Below, piece by piece: positions 27,011 to 37,738 of a stretch of 64,000 nt of DNA. Every line of letters starts with the position of its first letter. Within the stretch, counting starts at the first letter, position 1. The stretch is from Iphione sp. A-MEVVRFRX5 (taxonomy: Eukaryota). The notes beneath the pieces are model-generated. The model did no database searches. It saw only the letters and a program-made list of their open reading frames with translations, and was not told the origin of the DNA. The stretch is taken from contig OZ320321.1 in the NCBI GenBank assembly GCA_976226885.1, forward strand, positions 62,310,001-62,374,000, given 5' to 3'. Position numbers and translations under genes: made by a program.

Positions 27011-28234
27011 ATGTCGAGCCAACGACGCCTAGCTGAAACGCTGACGGCATTATGCACAAATGAGGGCAACGAAGACGGGTCATTCAAGGAAGACCTTGAA
27101 AATCTCTCTATAGATGAAGAGAAGGGAGATATGGACTGTGAACAGGACGATATGGGATTCGATCTGAAGGGCCATACGATCAACAGAGAAAAGGAGGACC
27201 CTAAGAAAATCCTAACCAGAACACAAATGATCGAGGTAAGTAACGTCAAATTCTACCAAAAAGTAGATTGTTACAAAGAAAAGCATATAGAAAAAATTAA
27301 CGAAATTATGCTTGCCATATTTGAGTGCAAATTTGAAAAGAAACAAGTAATAATGAGCATCCCTGAAACCGCCAAAGACTTAATGAATAACAGCGGGATT
27401 ATTCCTACTAAACGGAAAAGGTCGATCGAAAATGAAAACTGTAATTCTTCCACAACCCAAAATCCCAAAAGACAGAAAACAGACACCCTTCTGACAAAAA
27501 AACTAATTGATAGTGAACCCCGATCAACACTAATCTCTAACCACAATTCTATCCCTGAACAGAATCAACCATGGCTGAAAAGGCTAAATCAACAGCAAGT
27601 CGAGACTTGGAACAACACCCAACGAAAAATAGCTCTAGAGACGAAGAGCAAAGCCAGACACGATTTTGTCAAACACAGTTTAAACCGCGGCTTTCAGATG
27701 AGGGCCTGTATCAATACGTCGCAGTTACCAGCCTACTGCAAGGAAGAGCAGGAACTCTTGATAAGAATGAGTGAACAGCGACAACGCTCCGGCAGAGTTG
27801 AAATGGAAATTTTGCTGACCTTTCTGAAAGAAAAAATGGAAAGAGCACGCGAAGAAGCATGTGAAGAGATTGCAAAAGTAGAATCATATTTGAACTCCAA
27901 AGATCTGGCCGACAGCAGGGAATACACCAGACAATGCCGACACAAAGTCGATAAAGATACAAGAGATGATCTAAAGCGCAGAGAGAGCAACATTCTGATG
28001 ACTTCCCTCACAACGAACGTAGTTGCCCCTGTAAGTCAAGCATATTTGCGCCCTTTTCGGGGCCAGGGCCTGAGAGGAACAAGCCAGACACAACGGGGAC
28101 CCTCCAGGCCCATTCAAACGAAACGCCCAGCAACAGACACGCTGAGAGAGACTCACCCACCAAAGAGATCATCTACATGGTCCCTAAGCGAGCAGGAGGC
28201 ATTGGTGGTCTCAGCAATGCGAAAAAACTGGTAA
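27011..28234 (+). CDS. PLE ORF1, 407 aa, charged/helical (coiled-coil-like), with a basic NLS-like KRKR and an Arg/Pro-rich tail
   Basis: Long open frame inside the element, upstream of and overlapping the RT ORF; no catalytic motif recognised. Confidence 0.8.
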   Translation: MSSQRRLAETLTALCTNEGNEDGSFKEDLENLSIDEEKGDMDCEQDDMGFDLKGHTINREKEDPKKILTRTQMIEVSNVKFYQKVDCYKEKHIEKINEIMLAIFECKFEKKQVIMSIPETAKDLMNNSGIIPTKRKRSIENENCNSSTTQNPKRQKTDTLLTKKLIDSEPRSTLISNHNSIPEQNQPWLKRLNQQQVETWNNTQRKIALETKSKARHDFVKHSLNRGFQMRACINTSQLPAYCKEEQELLIRMSEQRQRSGRVEMEILLTFLKEKMERAREEACEEIAKVESYLNSKDLADSREYTRQCRHKVDKDTRDDLKRRESNILMTSLTTNVVAPVSQAYLRPFRGQGLRGTSQTQRGPSRPIQTKRPATDTLRETHPPKRSSTWSLSEQEALVVSAMRKNW

Positions 28235-30987
28235 GTAGTACCAACACTAGCTATCTAACTCAGAATCGCTATTCAATCCTAAGCACATTAGACGTCGAAA
28301 TCAAAAACGAAAATGACCAAGCAACAACACTTGATAAAAATGCGGAAGATTTGCCGCATAAAGGACCAAAAAAATCACAAACGAAATCCCCAGACGACAA
28401 CCCTTTAACCAAAATTCAATGCGCTAGTAGATACAATGCTAATGATATTCGTTACTATTTCAGAAACATGGACCTTCAGAAGCCGCAGAAACACAGCGCG
28501 ACACATGAAGATATGGTGACCACAGCGCAGGAACGAAACCAAGAAAACAATCAGAGAAAAGAAGAAAAACAACCTATCGAAATCGATGAGAAAACTAACC
28601 CAGAAAATAAAGACACAACCAATACTAACACTGAACAAAGTTTTTGTCCAATAAAAAAATCGAATTCAAAAAAATGTATTGACTATGAATGCTTAGACAT
28701 AATAACGGATAATATCAAAAATACAAAGGTGATAGAGAAAGAGAAAGTAATAAACTTGTCAAAATATGAGTTAACTGGAGCAGAATGCTCAGCTCTAGAA
28801 AAGGGACTATCTTTCTGTCCAACGCCGGGAGAACTGGATATAGGTGAAAAGAAGGAAGATTTAGATCGCTTCCATAACAAGCTAAGGTTCAAAAACAATT
28901 TTAGAGATAAACCACGGAAAAATATCGAACCACACCTAAAAAACCTGAAAAAAATAAGCAAAACAGACAAACAGAGAAGAGGTCCAAATGGACCACCATT
29001 ATTGGAAACGATGATCACTCTAAACAACCTCGGCACTGAGCAAATAAATAGCCGCAACCCCACGGTCAAGAATATGGGTATAGAAGAAAAAACCGCCATC
29101 AAGACTCTCAGGTCAAATAGAAACATCATTATAAAAAAGGCAGACAAGGGTGGAGCAGTAGTAGTAATGGATAAAGACGAGTATAGGAAAGAAGGAGAAA
29201 AACAATTGAATAATAAAACATTTTATAGACCCTGCAAAGAAGACTGCACAATGGTCTACAAGAAAAAAATAGATACAGACATCCAGTCTCTGGTTAGGAG
29301 TGGAGAGATAGACCCCGAGACAGGTCGACTTTTAATAACCGAGAAACCTCGCACCCCACAACTATACCTACTACCAAAAATTCATAAAAATATATACCCT
29401 CCCCCTGGACGACCAGTCATCTCTGCCAATAACAGTGCTACAGAAAAATTATCAGCGTATGTCGACCAGTACCTTCAACCACTTGCCAAAGAACAACTTT
29501 CTTACATCAAAGACACTGGCGATTTTCTGAGGAAGATATCAAACGTCAAATCCACAAAAAAAGACATCCTAGTCACCCTTGATGTGACTTCACTGTATAC
29601 CAACATCCCAAATAAGGAGGGCCTGGAAGCAGCGAAAAAGAACCTTGACACACACAGGAACCCAACAAGTGGCCCATCAAATGAAACAATTGTCCACTTG
29701 CTAGAAACAGTGCTCACCCACAATAATTTCCAGTTTGACAATAAACACTATTTACAAATAGGAGGAACTGCAATGGGAACAAGACTAGCGCCATCATATG
29801 CAAACATCTTTATGGGCAACTTCGAAGATACACATGTGCATAACTATAAACTACAACCGAAACTGTATGTCAGATTCATCAACGACATATTCATGGTTTG
29901 GCAACACGGGGAAGAGAACCTACTAACCTTCATAGAACACCTACAAACAAGACACCCAAATATCAAATTTACTCTGAACCATTCGAAAGATTCAGTAGAG
30001 TTCTTGGATACAACCATCAGAATGGACAATGAAGGGACGCTTAGTTCAGACCTGTACGTAAAAACAACTGATGCCAACACCACCCTACATTACCAATCAG
30101 CACACCCACACACAATGAAGAAAAACATCCCTTACAGTCAGTTCCTGAGGATAAGAAGGATCTGTTGCAATGACAGAGACTTCTTGGAACAGAGCTACAA
30201 GAAAGCAAAATTACTGACCAAACGGGGATATCCCTACAATATTGTAAGCAGAGGCCTTCATGAAGCAGCAAAAAAATCAAGAAAAACACTGTTAGAACCT
30301 AAAAAGATCGAAAATATGACAGAAGAAACCAGTCAGAAAAATATCTTTGTAACGGGATACCACCCAGACAACCAAAAGGTAGAAAGTATTGTCCGTCGAA
30401 ATTGGGAAATACTCCAAAAATCTAAAAAAACAAGAGATCTAGCAAAAGATGGCCTATTAATAGCATATAGAAGACCCAAAAATCTAAGAGATATGCTAGT
30501 AAGAGCTAGGTTTGTAGATACCGAACCAACCAAAGGCAACAAAAAGAGTCTAAACGTTTGCACCAAACGAGGTTGCAGATACTGTCCGCTACTTAATAAA
30601 ACTGGACACATCAAATGTAAATACAACAACAGGGAATATAGCACCAAAACACATATAACATGCAACAGCAGCAACGTCAAATATGCCCTAAGTTGCAAAA
30701 ATTGCAATATCTCCTATGTGGGACAAACCAAAAGGAGAATAAAAGACCGTTTCAAGAATCATCTATACGATGTCATGAAGAAAAAGGATAAAAATCTGAT
30801 CACAGAACATTTCAACACACACTGTGGGAAAAGTGGATTCACAATCTCTGTCGTGGACTTCATACACCAGCCACCTGAGAGTAACTCCTCTGCTATTTTG
30901 AGGGATAAGCTAGAAATCAAATGGATCCACAGACTACACACCCTAACCCCACATGGCCTCAACATCCTAGATGGGGAGTACACCTAA
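28177..30987 (+). CDS. PLE reverse transcriptase plus C-terminal GIY-YIG endonuclease (936 aa from the first ATG)
   Basis: IIIKKADKGGAVVVMD, LYLLPKIHK..PPPGRPVIS, LVTLDVTSLYTNIP, GTAMGTRLAPSYANIFM, RFINDIF (YxDD position), FLDTTI, CTKRGCRYC linker, NVKY..C..C...YVGQT..RFKNH, E.KWI..L.T..P.GLN. Confidence 0.95.
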   Translation: MVPKRAGGIGGLSNAKKLVSSTNTSYLTQNRYSILSTLDVEIKNENDQATTLDKNAEDLPHKGPKKSQTKSPDDNPLTKIQCASRYNANDIRYYFRNMDLQKPQKHSATHEDMVTTAQERNQENNQRKEEKQPIEIDEKTNPENKDTTNTNTEQSFCPIKKSNSKKCIDYECLDIITDNIKNTKVIEKEKVINLSKYELTGAECSALEKGLSFCPTPGELDIGEKKEDLDRFHNKLRFKNNFRDKPRKNIEPHLKNLKKISKTDKQRRGPNGPPLLETMITLNNLGTEQINSRNPTVKNMGIEEKTAIKTLRSNRNIIIKKADKGGAVVVMDKDEYRKEGEKQLNNKTFYRPCKEDCTMVYKKKIDTDIQSLVRSGEIDPETGRLLITEKPRTPQLYLLPKIHKNIYPPPGRPVISANNSATEKLSAYVDQYLQPLAKEQLSYIKDTGDFLRKISNVKSTKKDILVTLDVTSLYTNIPNKEGLEAAKKNLDTHRNPTSGPSNETIVHLLETVLTHNNFQFDNKHYLQIGGTAMGTRLAPSYANIFMGNFEDTHVHNYKLQPKLYVRFINDIFMVWQHGEENLLTFIEHLQTRHPNIKFTLNHSKDSVEFLDTTIRMDNEGTLSSDLYVKTTDANTTLHYQSAHPHTMKKNIPYSQFLRIRRICCNDRDFLEQSYKKAKLLTKRGYPYNIVSRGLHEAAKKSRKTLLEPKKIENMTEETSQKNIFVTGYHPDNQKVESIVRRNWEILQKSKKTRDLAKDGLLIAYRRPKNLRDMLVRARFVDTEPTKGNKKSLNVCTKRGCRYCPLLNKTGHIKCKYNNREYSTKTHITCNSSNVKYALSCKNCNISYVGQTKRRIKDRFKNHLYDVMKKKDKNLITEHFNTHCGKSGFTISVVDFIHQPPESNSSAILRDKLEIKWIHRLHTLTPHGLNILDGEYT

Positions 30988-31003
30988 TAGACATTAGCCT
31001 CGT

Positions 31004-31368
31004 CAAAAAAATTTTCTTCCCTATCACTATAAACCCTACAAGGATAGGTAAATAGAATAGGAGAAAATTATGAACAAAATGTATATCGTACCACATCTCT
31101 GTCTATAGGTTAAAAAACTCCATATAAATGAATAACAAATATCATTACTCTTGAGGAAAATTGTGCCTGATGAGACAACAGTCGAAACCGTGTTATAGTG
31201 GATAAAATAAAGCCATCCAAAATAATATTCATGCTTGCCATAGTGAGACCTGAACATTGCTAGGCAACCATGGGGCCCACTTGTATATATACCAAGGACT
31301 ATCCAGTGCTGGCTCACCACAACTCGGTTGCACCCCTCTGACTGCAGAGCTTTGCCACGTCGTTAACA
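31004..31368 (+). repeat. PLE 3' pseudo-LTR
   Basis: Direct repeat of 26075-26438, beginning 17 nt after the ORF2 stop. Confidence 0.95.
31159..31199 (+). ncRNA. Minimal hammerhead ribozyme-like motif (3' pLTR)
   Basis: CTGATGA-GAC-AACA-GTC-GAAAC; the only difference from the 5' copy lies in the stem II loop. Confidence 0.6.
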
Positions 31369-33856
31369 CAATTCCAAAACAGGATACAGTCATTGTGGCA
31401 GGAAATATAAATGCCAAAGTGGGAATGGGTAGACATGCCCTTGGAAGCTGAAATGACAATGGAGCAAGATTTGTCCAGTTTTGTAGTATCAATGACCTAG
31501 TAATAGGAGGCTCTCTGTTCCAGCACAAAGATATCCATAAATAGACATCTTCAGATGGAAAGACAAGAAACCAAATATATCACATTGCCATCAACAAAAA
31601 TGGTGTGGTAGACTAAGAGATGTAAGAGTCCATAAATGATACTGCAAATGACCACAACTAATTATACCAAAACTGCAAATAAAACGTCATGCTACTAAGA
31701 AGAAATCAACAGTCAAACAAAGTTGGAAGACACTGTAATAAGGAATCAATTTCAAATACAGCTTCAAAACCAGTTTGAAGAACTAGAGAATGTGGAAGAA
31801 GATGACATCCCAACCATCTGGGACAACTTGGTCAGATTTATAAATGAGACTGCAGAAAGTGTGCTAGGAAGAAAAAAATCCAAAAAGGAAGAGTGAATAT
31901 CCCAAGAAACATGGCATCTGATTGATCAATGACAATCATTACAACAATGTATCCCAAATTCTACATCAGAATCCCAGAAACAAGAAAGAAAAAATTCAAT
32001 ACAGAAAAAAAGATAAAGAAGTCAAGGGAAGTGCAAGGAAGAATAAGAAGAAAAAGTATGAGAGAAAAGCCACACAGGCTGAAAAGGCAGCAAGGAAAGG
32101 CAACACCAAAGAACTGTATAAGATTACAAACAAGTCATGTGAATGAAAAGTACCTCAAGCAGTGCCAGTGAAAGATAGACAAGGAAAAGTGTTGACATTT
32201 GATGAAGAAAAGAGCAAACGATGCCTGGAGCATTTCTCAAAACTTCCAAATAGACCACCACCAGATCAAATACCAGATATCTCTACCTCACCTTATCCAC
32301 CACTTAATATTGATTGCAGTGAACCCAGAATAGATGAGATTCAAAAAGCCATTAAAGACGTAAAAGTTGAAAAATCTCCAGGCAAAGACATGATAACTGC
32401 AGAAATGATGAAACATGGTGGGGAAGAGCTTCACTAATACATCCAATTGCTATGTAGAAAATTTTGGCACAAAGAAGTCCCACAGATCGGAAAAGAGGTT
32501 TGATATGTAAACTACCTGAGAAAGGTAGTGTAGCAATTGGAGAGGGATTAAATTGCTGTCACTTGTTGGAAAAGTCTTTAACATTGTGAAGTTGAGAATG
32601 AGAAATACAGTAGATGGGAGACTAAGAGAAAACCAACCAGGCTTCAGAGGTGGAAGATCATGCAAAGACTCGATTTTTGTTTTAAGGTTGGTCATTAAAA
32701 AGATGTTGCAGTTCCAACAGTCAATGGTTATCAACTTCATTGAGTTTGAAAAGGCCTTTGACATGGTTGATTGAGAAACACTATAAACAATAATGAAACA
32801 TTACAGCATCCCAGATAAATACGTCAACCTCTTTAAGACCCTTATATTTGATCCGAATGCTGTGTACATCTTGATGATAGTGAAACAACATCATGGTTCC
32901 TAATAACAATGGGAGTATAGCAGGGCTGCATACTGTCTCCATTGCTGTTTGGACTTGTTATAATTGGGTCATGGAAGAATCCCTAAAACAAGAAAGTTGT
33001 GGAACATACTGGTACAGAAACAAGCAGCTTGAAGATCTTGATTTTGCAGATGATATTGCACTAATTTCACCAGAGAAGCAGGAACTGCAACACAAGACTG
33101 ACTTATCAGAAAATTATGCAAATAGTATTGGATTGAGAAGCAGTACCAAGAAGACCAAAGTACTTGAAATAAGGACCACAAGAAAGTAACAATACTATCA
33201 GACTACCAAGGAAAGACCTGGAAAAAGTACCAACATTTCAATACCTCGGTAGCTACAGAGCAGGTGATGGGTCCATTGAGGAGGAAGTAAATGTAAGGAT
33301 TGGAAAAGCTACCAGTTCATTCAGAAGGCTAAACAAAATATGGAATAATGGCAAAATCAAATCAAACACCAAAATGAAACTTTACAAATCAACTGTAAAT
33401 TCAGTTTTATTATACAGTGCAGAGACATGGCAGATAACTCAACATACAACACACAGACTAAATGTATTCAATAACAACTACATAAGAAAAATTTAGAACA
33501 TCAAATGGTTCTGTCATGTTTCATTGAAAGAGATCAAGGAATGCACACAATAAACAGATCCATCTGAAATACTGAAAAAAGAAGGTTAACATAGTCAGGA
33601 CGTATGATCAGGATGTAAAGAGACAGAATCAACAAACAGTGTATGGAGTGGTGACCTCAAGGTAAAAGTAGGAGAGGAAGACCCAAAATGTCTTGGAAGG
33701 AGAGATTGGTGAATGACTTTAGAATGACTTTAGAAATTAGAACATCATACAAAAAAGCAAAGAAAATGGCTCAGGACAGAAAGGGATGATTTTCTCCGGT
33801 AGCTGCCTCATGTGCTTCCTAGCATGAGAAGAATTTATGTAAGGTAAGGTAAGGTA
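31369..33856 (+). pseudogene. RTE-type LINE, remainder of the endonuclease plus RT, with many stops/frameshifts and a (TAAGG)n 3' tail
   Basis: NTIPKQDTVIVAGNINAKVG continues the EN domain; RT motifs KSPGKDMITAEM, ENQPGFRGGRSC, FIEFEKAFDMVD, GV*QGCILSPLLFGL, LDFADDIAL; ends GTAAGGTAAGGTAAGGTA at 33839-33856. Confidence 0.92.
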
Positions 33857-36668
33857 TGATAGTACTGACTGCATGGAATGGAAGTATAGTACAATTCTCT
33901 AACAGTGCACCATATCATACACTGTATATCTGCAATGCTTAACAACAATGATACTGTGCTGTGTATTGGACCTGTCGCTGGTGGTTGAGTAAATGGGTAC
34001 CACCAACACGTTTTATATTGTTTGTGATGTCATAATGTGAATCAATCAATCAAATTGCTTAAAATTGCGACAATTTTGTGACAAGTAAAAGTTAAATCCG
34101 CAGTACCCACTTCTTCAATGTTCAGCAATTGGTGCTAATATTAGTGTACCAATGCCTTACATTAGTGTACCAATGCCTTACATTAGACAACATAAAGGAA
34201 TGAAAAAGACAGTTTTAGAGATGTCAAACGCAAAAACGTCTCAGCAAAATGTATGAGAGTTAACGTAAGAGAAAGCTTAACAAGTCCGAACAGACCTTTG
34301 TTTGGTAGCCTTAGAAGTCTATCTATCTCCGTGAAAAAAGTGTTTATCAAGCATGTTGGATTCTTCCGATCGTAACCAAGAAAACACCTCGCTTTTTCTG
34401 CATAGTAGAAAAAACAAATTCATGCGTCAGGTAAGCTGTATCCTTGCAGCTCGGTGAGTGACTCGTAACAATATCTTGAGAGCAATAACTGTAACTTAAA
34501 TATTTAATGCAAGAAATACGTCGATAACTTTCAATTTGGGGACAAATTGATTTCTGTATTCATCAGGGTAATTATGCCAGTCCCTCGACATTACCGGGGC
34601 AAACCTCATGGAAGTATTCAACAACCTCAGGCTCGATTCCTTTCAGCGGCCGCATTCTGATATATGTGCGTAGTTTCCTAGAAAGTCCTGGCACTTCGAT
34701 GGCGCCGTTCTAACTTTAAGACACCCTGGAGAAGTTACATAATTTATGGTATAAATAAATCGCAAATACAGGCTCTCGTCCCTAACCAACGATGAGACCA
34801 TACTCCTGGGGGGGACCCCACAATATCAGAAGCACTGGATGGAATATGACTGCTAGAGTCGTATGTATGTATCGGTTGACGTACGATGCTTGCTTGGCAT
34901 CAGACAGCTTAGGGTATGATGCGGTGACTGATTACCCAAAAGACGTGTGCCTGCAAAACTCGCACGCAAGCAGTGACGTGGTGGCTTGTTTACCGGCCAC
35001 AGACCGAAAAGAAACCTCCGCTCATCAATCTTTCAATCCGCCCATTCTCCTCCAGCCGTGCACCTCCGGGGAAGACTATTTCTGACATGATGTCTTTAAA
35101 CATAAGACGTTCCCCCCGCCTAAACAGCCTCTCCTTCCGTCCTTCCATAGCTTATAATGTACGATGTCTTAAAGTACGTCTTACTAAACTATATGCCCTT
35201 GTAGCCGTATGCTTAGATAACTCACTCAGAACGGCGCACTGGGCGTGTTCGATTTCACGTGAATTGATAGTGATGGCGTTCTCGATCGAGAGACAAGCGA
35301 GTTTTACCATTACATGTGTACATGTAGCAGGTGTCTGTATCATCAGCGAAGGCCTAGCCTGGCAATGAGGTAACCTGGCACCGAAGCACCCTCGTTCTAT
35401 TCATAGTCATTGTCTTAGCAGTCACGAAAGCTACCGCTACCAGACCTTGCTGCAACACCGACCCTATTTGTTCCCACCGCTTAGAAGCTTTGAGGATGCC
35501 TCCATCATTGACGCCTCCGGCAAACAGGGTGTACCTATCTCAGTACAGTTTGTTTGTTGATGACATCATCTTCGTGAACTGAAGAGTTCTGCTCTATAGT
35601 ATGAGACGATTCTGATCATAATGAAGTACTAATACTATCATTGCTTATGCACCATACTAGCACAGGTATGAAAGTTTAAGATGTGATAATTATCACTATG
35701 TACTCTTTAAAAAACACACGCAACTGGTACGGACTTTCACAAACAACTTCTTTAGGCCCGCTTTCCTTACCTGTGTTGGTGTCTGCGAGGCTGTGAGAGA
35801 CCTCTGTGTGCATCACCATACAGGGTATCCTTCACGCAGCCTCACACATCCTCGTGGAGACGGGTGTCTTTTGACCCTCCACTGAAGCTGTGTAAGACTG
35901 ACCAATTTCATGATAAAAGCAGCAAAAATCGGTGAACTTGATGGGAAAATATATGACAATTGACGAATTTGAAGAGGAAAAGTGGTGAAAACTGATAAAA
36001 TTGATTGGAAAAGTAAGAAAACAATAAAGATGTGCAGAAATGTGCTTTTAGCTGCCTGCTACAAAGGATATATCCTCTATCCTACTGTGTATTCTTGCAT
36101 GAAATTAACAAGTAGTGTTCAATAATGAACAACACATGCTCAAACAAACCCACGGCACACATGCACACAGAAGACGCCCTCCATTGAAATCCCAATGCTC
36201 TTTTAAAAAAAAACACACATCAACGCACCCCCAACACACTCAGACACCAAATGCAAGTGAGGAAACCGGGCCTTAAACCACAAAGCCTCGACGTTATCAC
36301 TCCGCTTGTCACTGTGTTTCTCCAATCAAGCACCATCGCTGACGAGCATGCACGCAACTGCCGATGCTGCTGTCGCTGGCAGAGGGCCGGTGGCTTGTAT
36401 CTTGGAGCTGCTCGCGTCTGCATTGAGTGAGCAACTCGGCCCCCGCTGGCAGGTGGGCATGGCTGATGAGGTAAACATCGAGAAGGAGAAAGGGAGAGCC
36501 TAAGTGGTCGGCAAGACACACAGACGTTTGGCAGACGGAGTTCCTTAGGGGGAGGGGGAGAGCTTCCTTTAGAGAGGCCTTTTCAAGAACCCACAGTTCC
36601 TAAGGATAAAAACTCCAGTCTGATCATCAGTGACGAAGGAGGAGAAAGGGTGGTAGCCTTTGCTGCAT

Positions 36669-36676
36669 TATAAAAA
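36669..36676 (+). promoter_or_regulatory. TATA box upstream of the gag-like ORF
   Basis: TATAAAAA ~190 nt upstream of a GCCATG start. Confidence 0.5.
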
Positions 36677-36856
36677 GCTGCCCTGCCGGACGTTCTTCCA
36701 TACGGGTCTTCCATTTACACACAGCATATACGAGTGTCCGACTGTTGCCATCTCCCACTAACAGGATCCAAGCCACTCAGGCACTGGAAGTTGTCTACAG
36801 AACTGACTGGAGTGTATATATATCTACCTACCTACAGGAGGGTGCATATCGTCGCC

Positions 36857-37738
36857 ATGTCTATGATCATTACATATCCCAAACGGCCGAAGGGGCCCTC
36901 CATCACCTGCTTCGCCGACGTGAAGCGGATCGCGCCGCGTATGGGGCTCACCGACAGCACGATGCAGCTGCTGGTGGAGCGGGGCCTGGGCTCCGTCCAG
37001 GGCATGAGAGAGATGACCGAGGGCGATATCGAGGGGCTTCCCTTGTACACCGGTCAGCAGCTCGCCCTCTCCAAGGTCATCACCCACCTGAACGAGGTCC
37101 TCGCCGGCTACGAGATCAACGACGCCATCCGCGAAGAGAAGGAAGAGGGGGAGGAGGAGGGGGGCAGCGGGTCGCAGTCGAAGGACGGGGCGGAGAAGGA
37201 CGCGGGGAAAGGCGCCGACGATAAGGAAGGTGAGGGCGGGGCCGGGGTCGACCTGACTAAAGCCGGGATCCTGAATACGGACGGCTACCCGTCGGGGCAG
37301 GCGGTCGGGCCGCGCACCATGCCCCGGGCCCACGAGTTCCTCGTCGGGAAGACGTGCGGCCGGGAGCTGAGCATGGAGGAGTTCATCTACGGTAATCTGC
37401 TCATCCTCGAGTACATGATGGAGCAGGAGAGCGCGGAGGTCCGCGCTTACATGAAGCACGTCCGCTTCATGGTGCTCAAGCTGGTGCACGGCTACTCCCT
37501 CGAGCAGGTTGTCTATTACGACTACGCCCTACGCACCAAGATCGAGCGAGAGGGCGTCTACATGCCCCTGGAGGCCGACCAGGATCTCCTCGAGAAATAC
37601 GTCCGGTTACATAAAGAAGGGAAGGAGAACAAGACCAAGAAGACTAAGAAGGCAGGCACCGGTAAAGGTGCCAAGACGACTAAAGGTGGCAAGGGCAAGA
37701 AGAAGAGCAAAGACGAGGATGAGGTTATCGGTTTATAG
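36857..37738 (+). CDS. Intronless 293-aa protein: SAM-like N-terminus, acidic/Gly linker, DIRS/Ngaro gag-like helical core and Lys-rich tail (candidate domesticated gag)
   Basis: Open frame (ORF track 36734-37738) with strongly GC3-rich codons and a GTCGCCATG start. DIEGLPLYTGQQLAL resembles SAM helices. EEFIYGNLLILE..Y.KHVRF...YSLEQVVYYDYALR aligns by eye with the Ngaro gag relic at ~48790-49000. Confidence 0.7.
   Translation: MSMIITYPKRPKGPSITCFADVKRIAPRMGLTDSTMQLLVERGLGSVQGMREMTEGDIEGLPLYTGQQLALSKVITHLNEVLAGYEINDAIREEKEEGEEEGGSGSQSKDGAEKDAGKGADDKEGEGGAGVDLTKAGILNTDGYPSGQAVGPRTMPRAHEFLVGKTCGRELSMEEFIYGNLLILEYMMEQESAEVRAYMKHVRFMVLKLVHGYSLEQVVYYDYALRTKIEREGVYMPLEADQDLLEKYVRLHKEGKENKTKKTKKAGTGKGAKTTKGGKGKKKSKDEDEVIGL

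Larger units (their letters stand above)
26075..31368 (+). mobile_element. Penelope-like retroelement (EN+, Neptune-like), full length, with direct terminal repeats and TSD
   Basis: ~364-bp direct repeats at both ends, ORF1 plus an RT/GIY-YIG ORF2, and target duplication AACACAATTCC (26064-26074 / 31365-31375). Confidence 0.93.

Noticed and set aside
28405-30983. Multiple antisense ORFs across the PLE
   Set aside because: Phe/Leu-rich by-products of the A-rich sense strand, with no motifs
27011-31368. Selenoprotein (Naiad-type) PLE
   Set aside because: No in-frame TGA in either ORF (both end in TAA), and the GIY-YIG domain is C-terminal, not N-terminal
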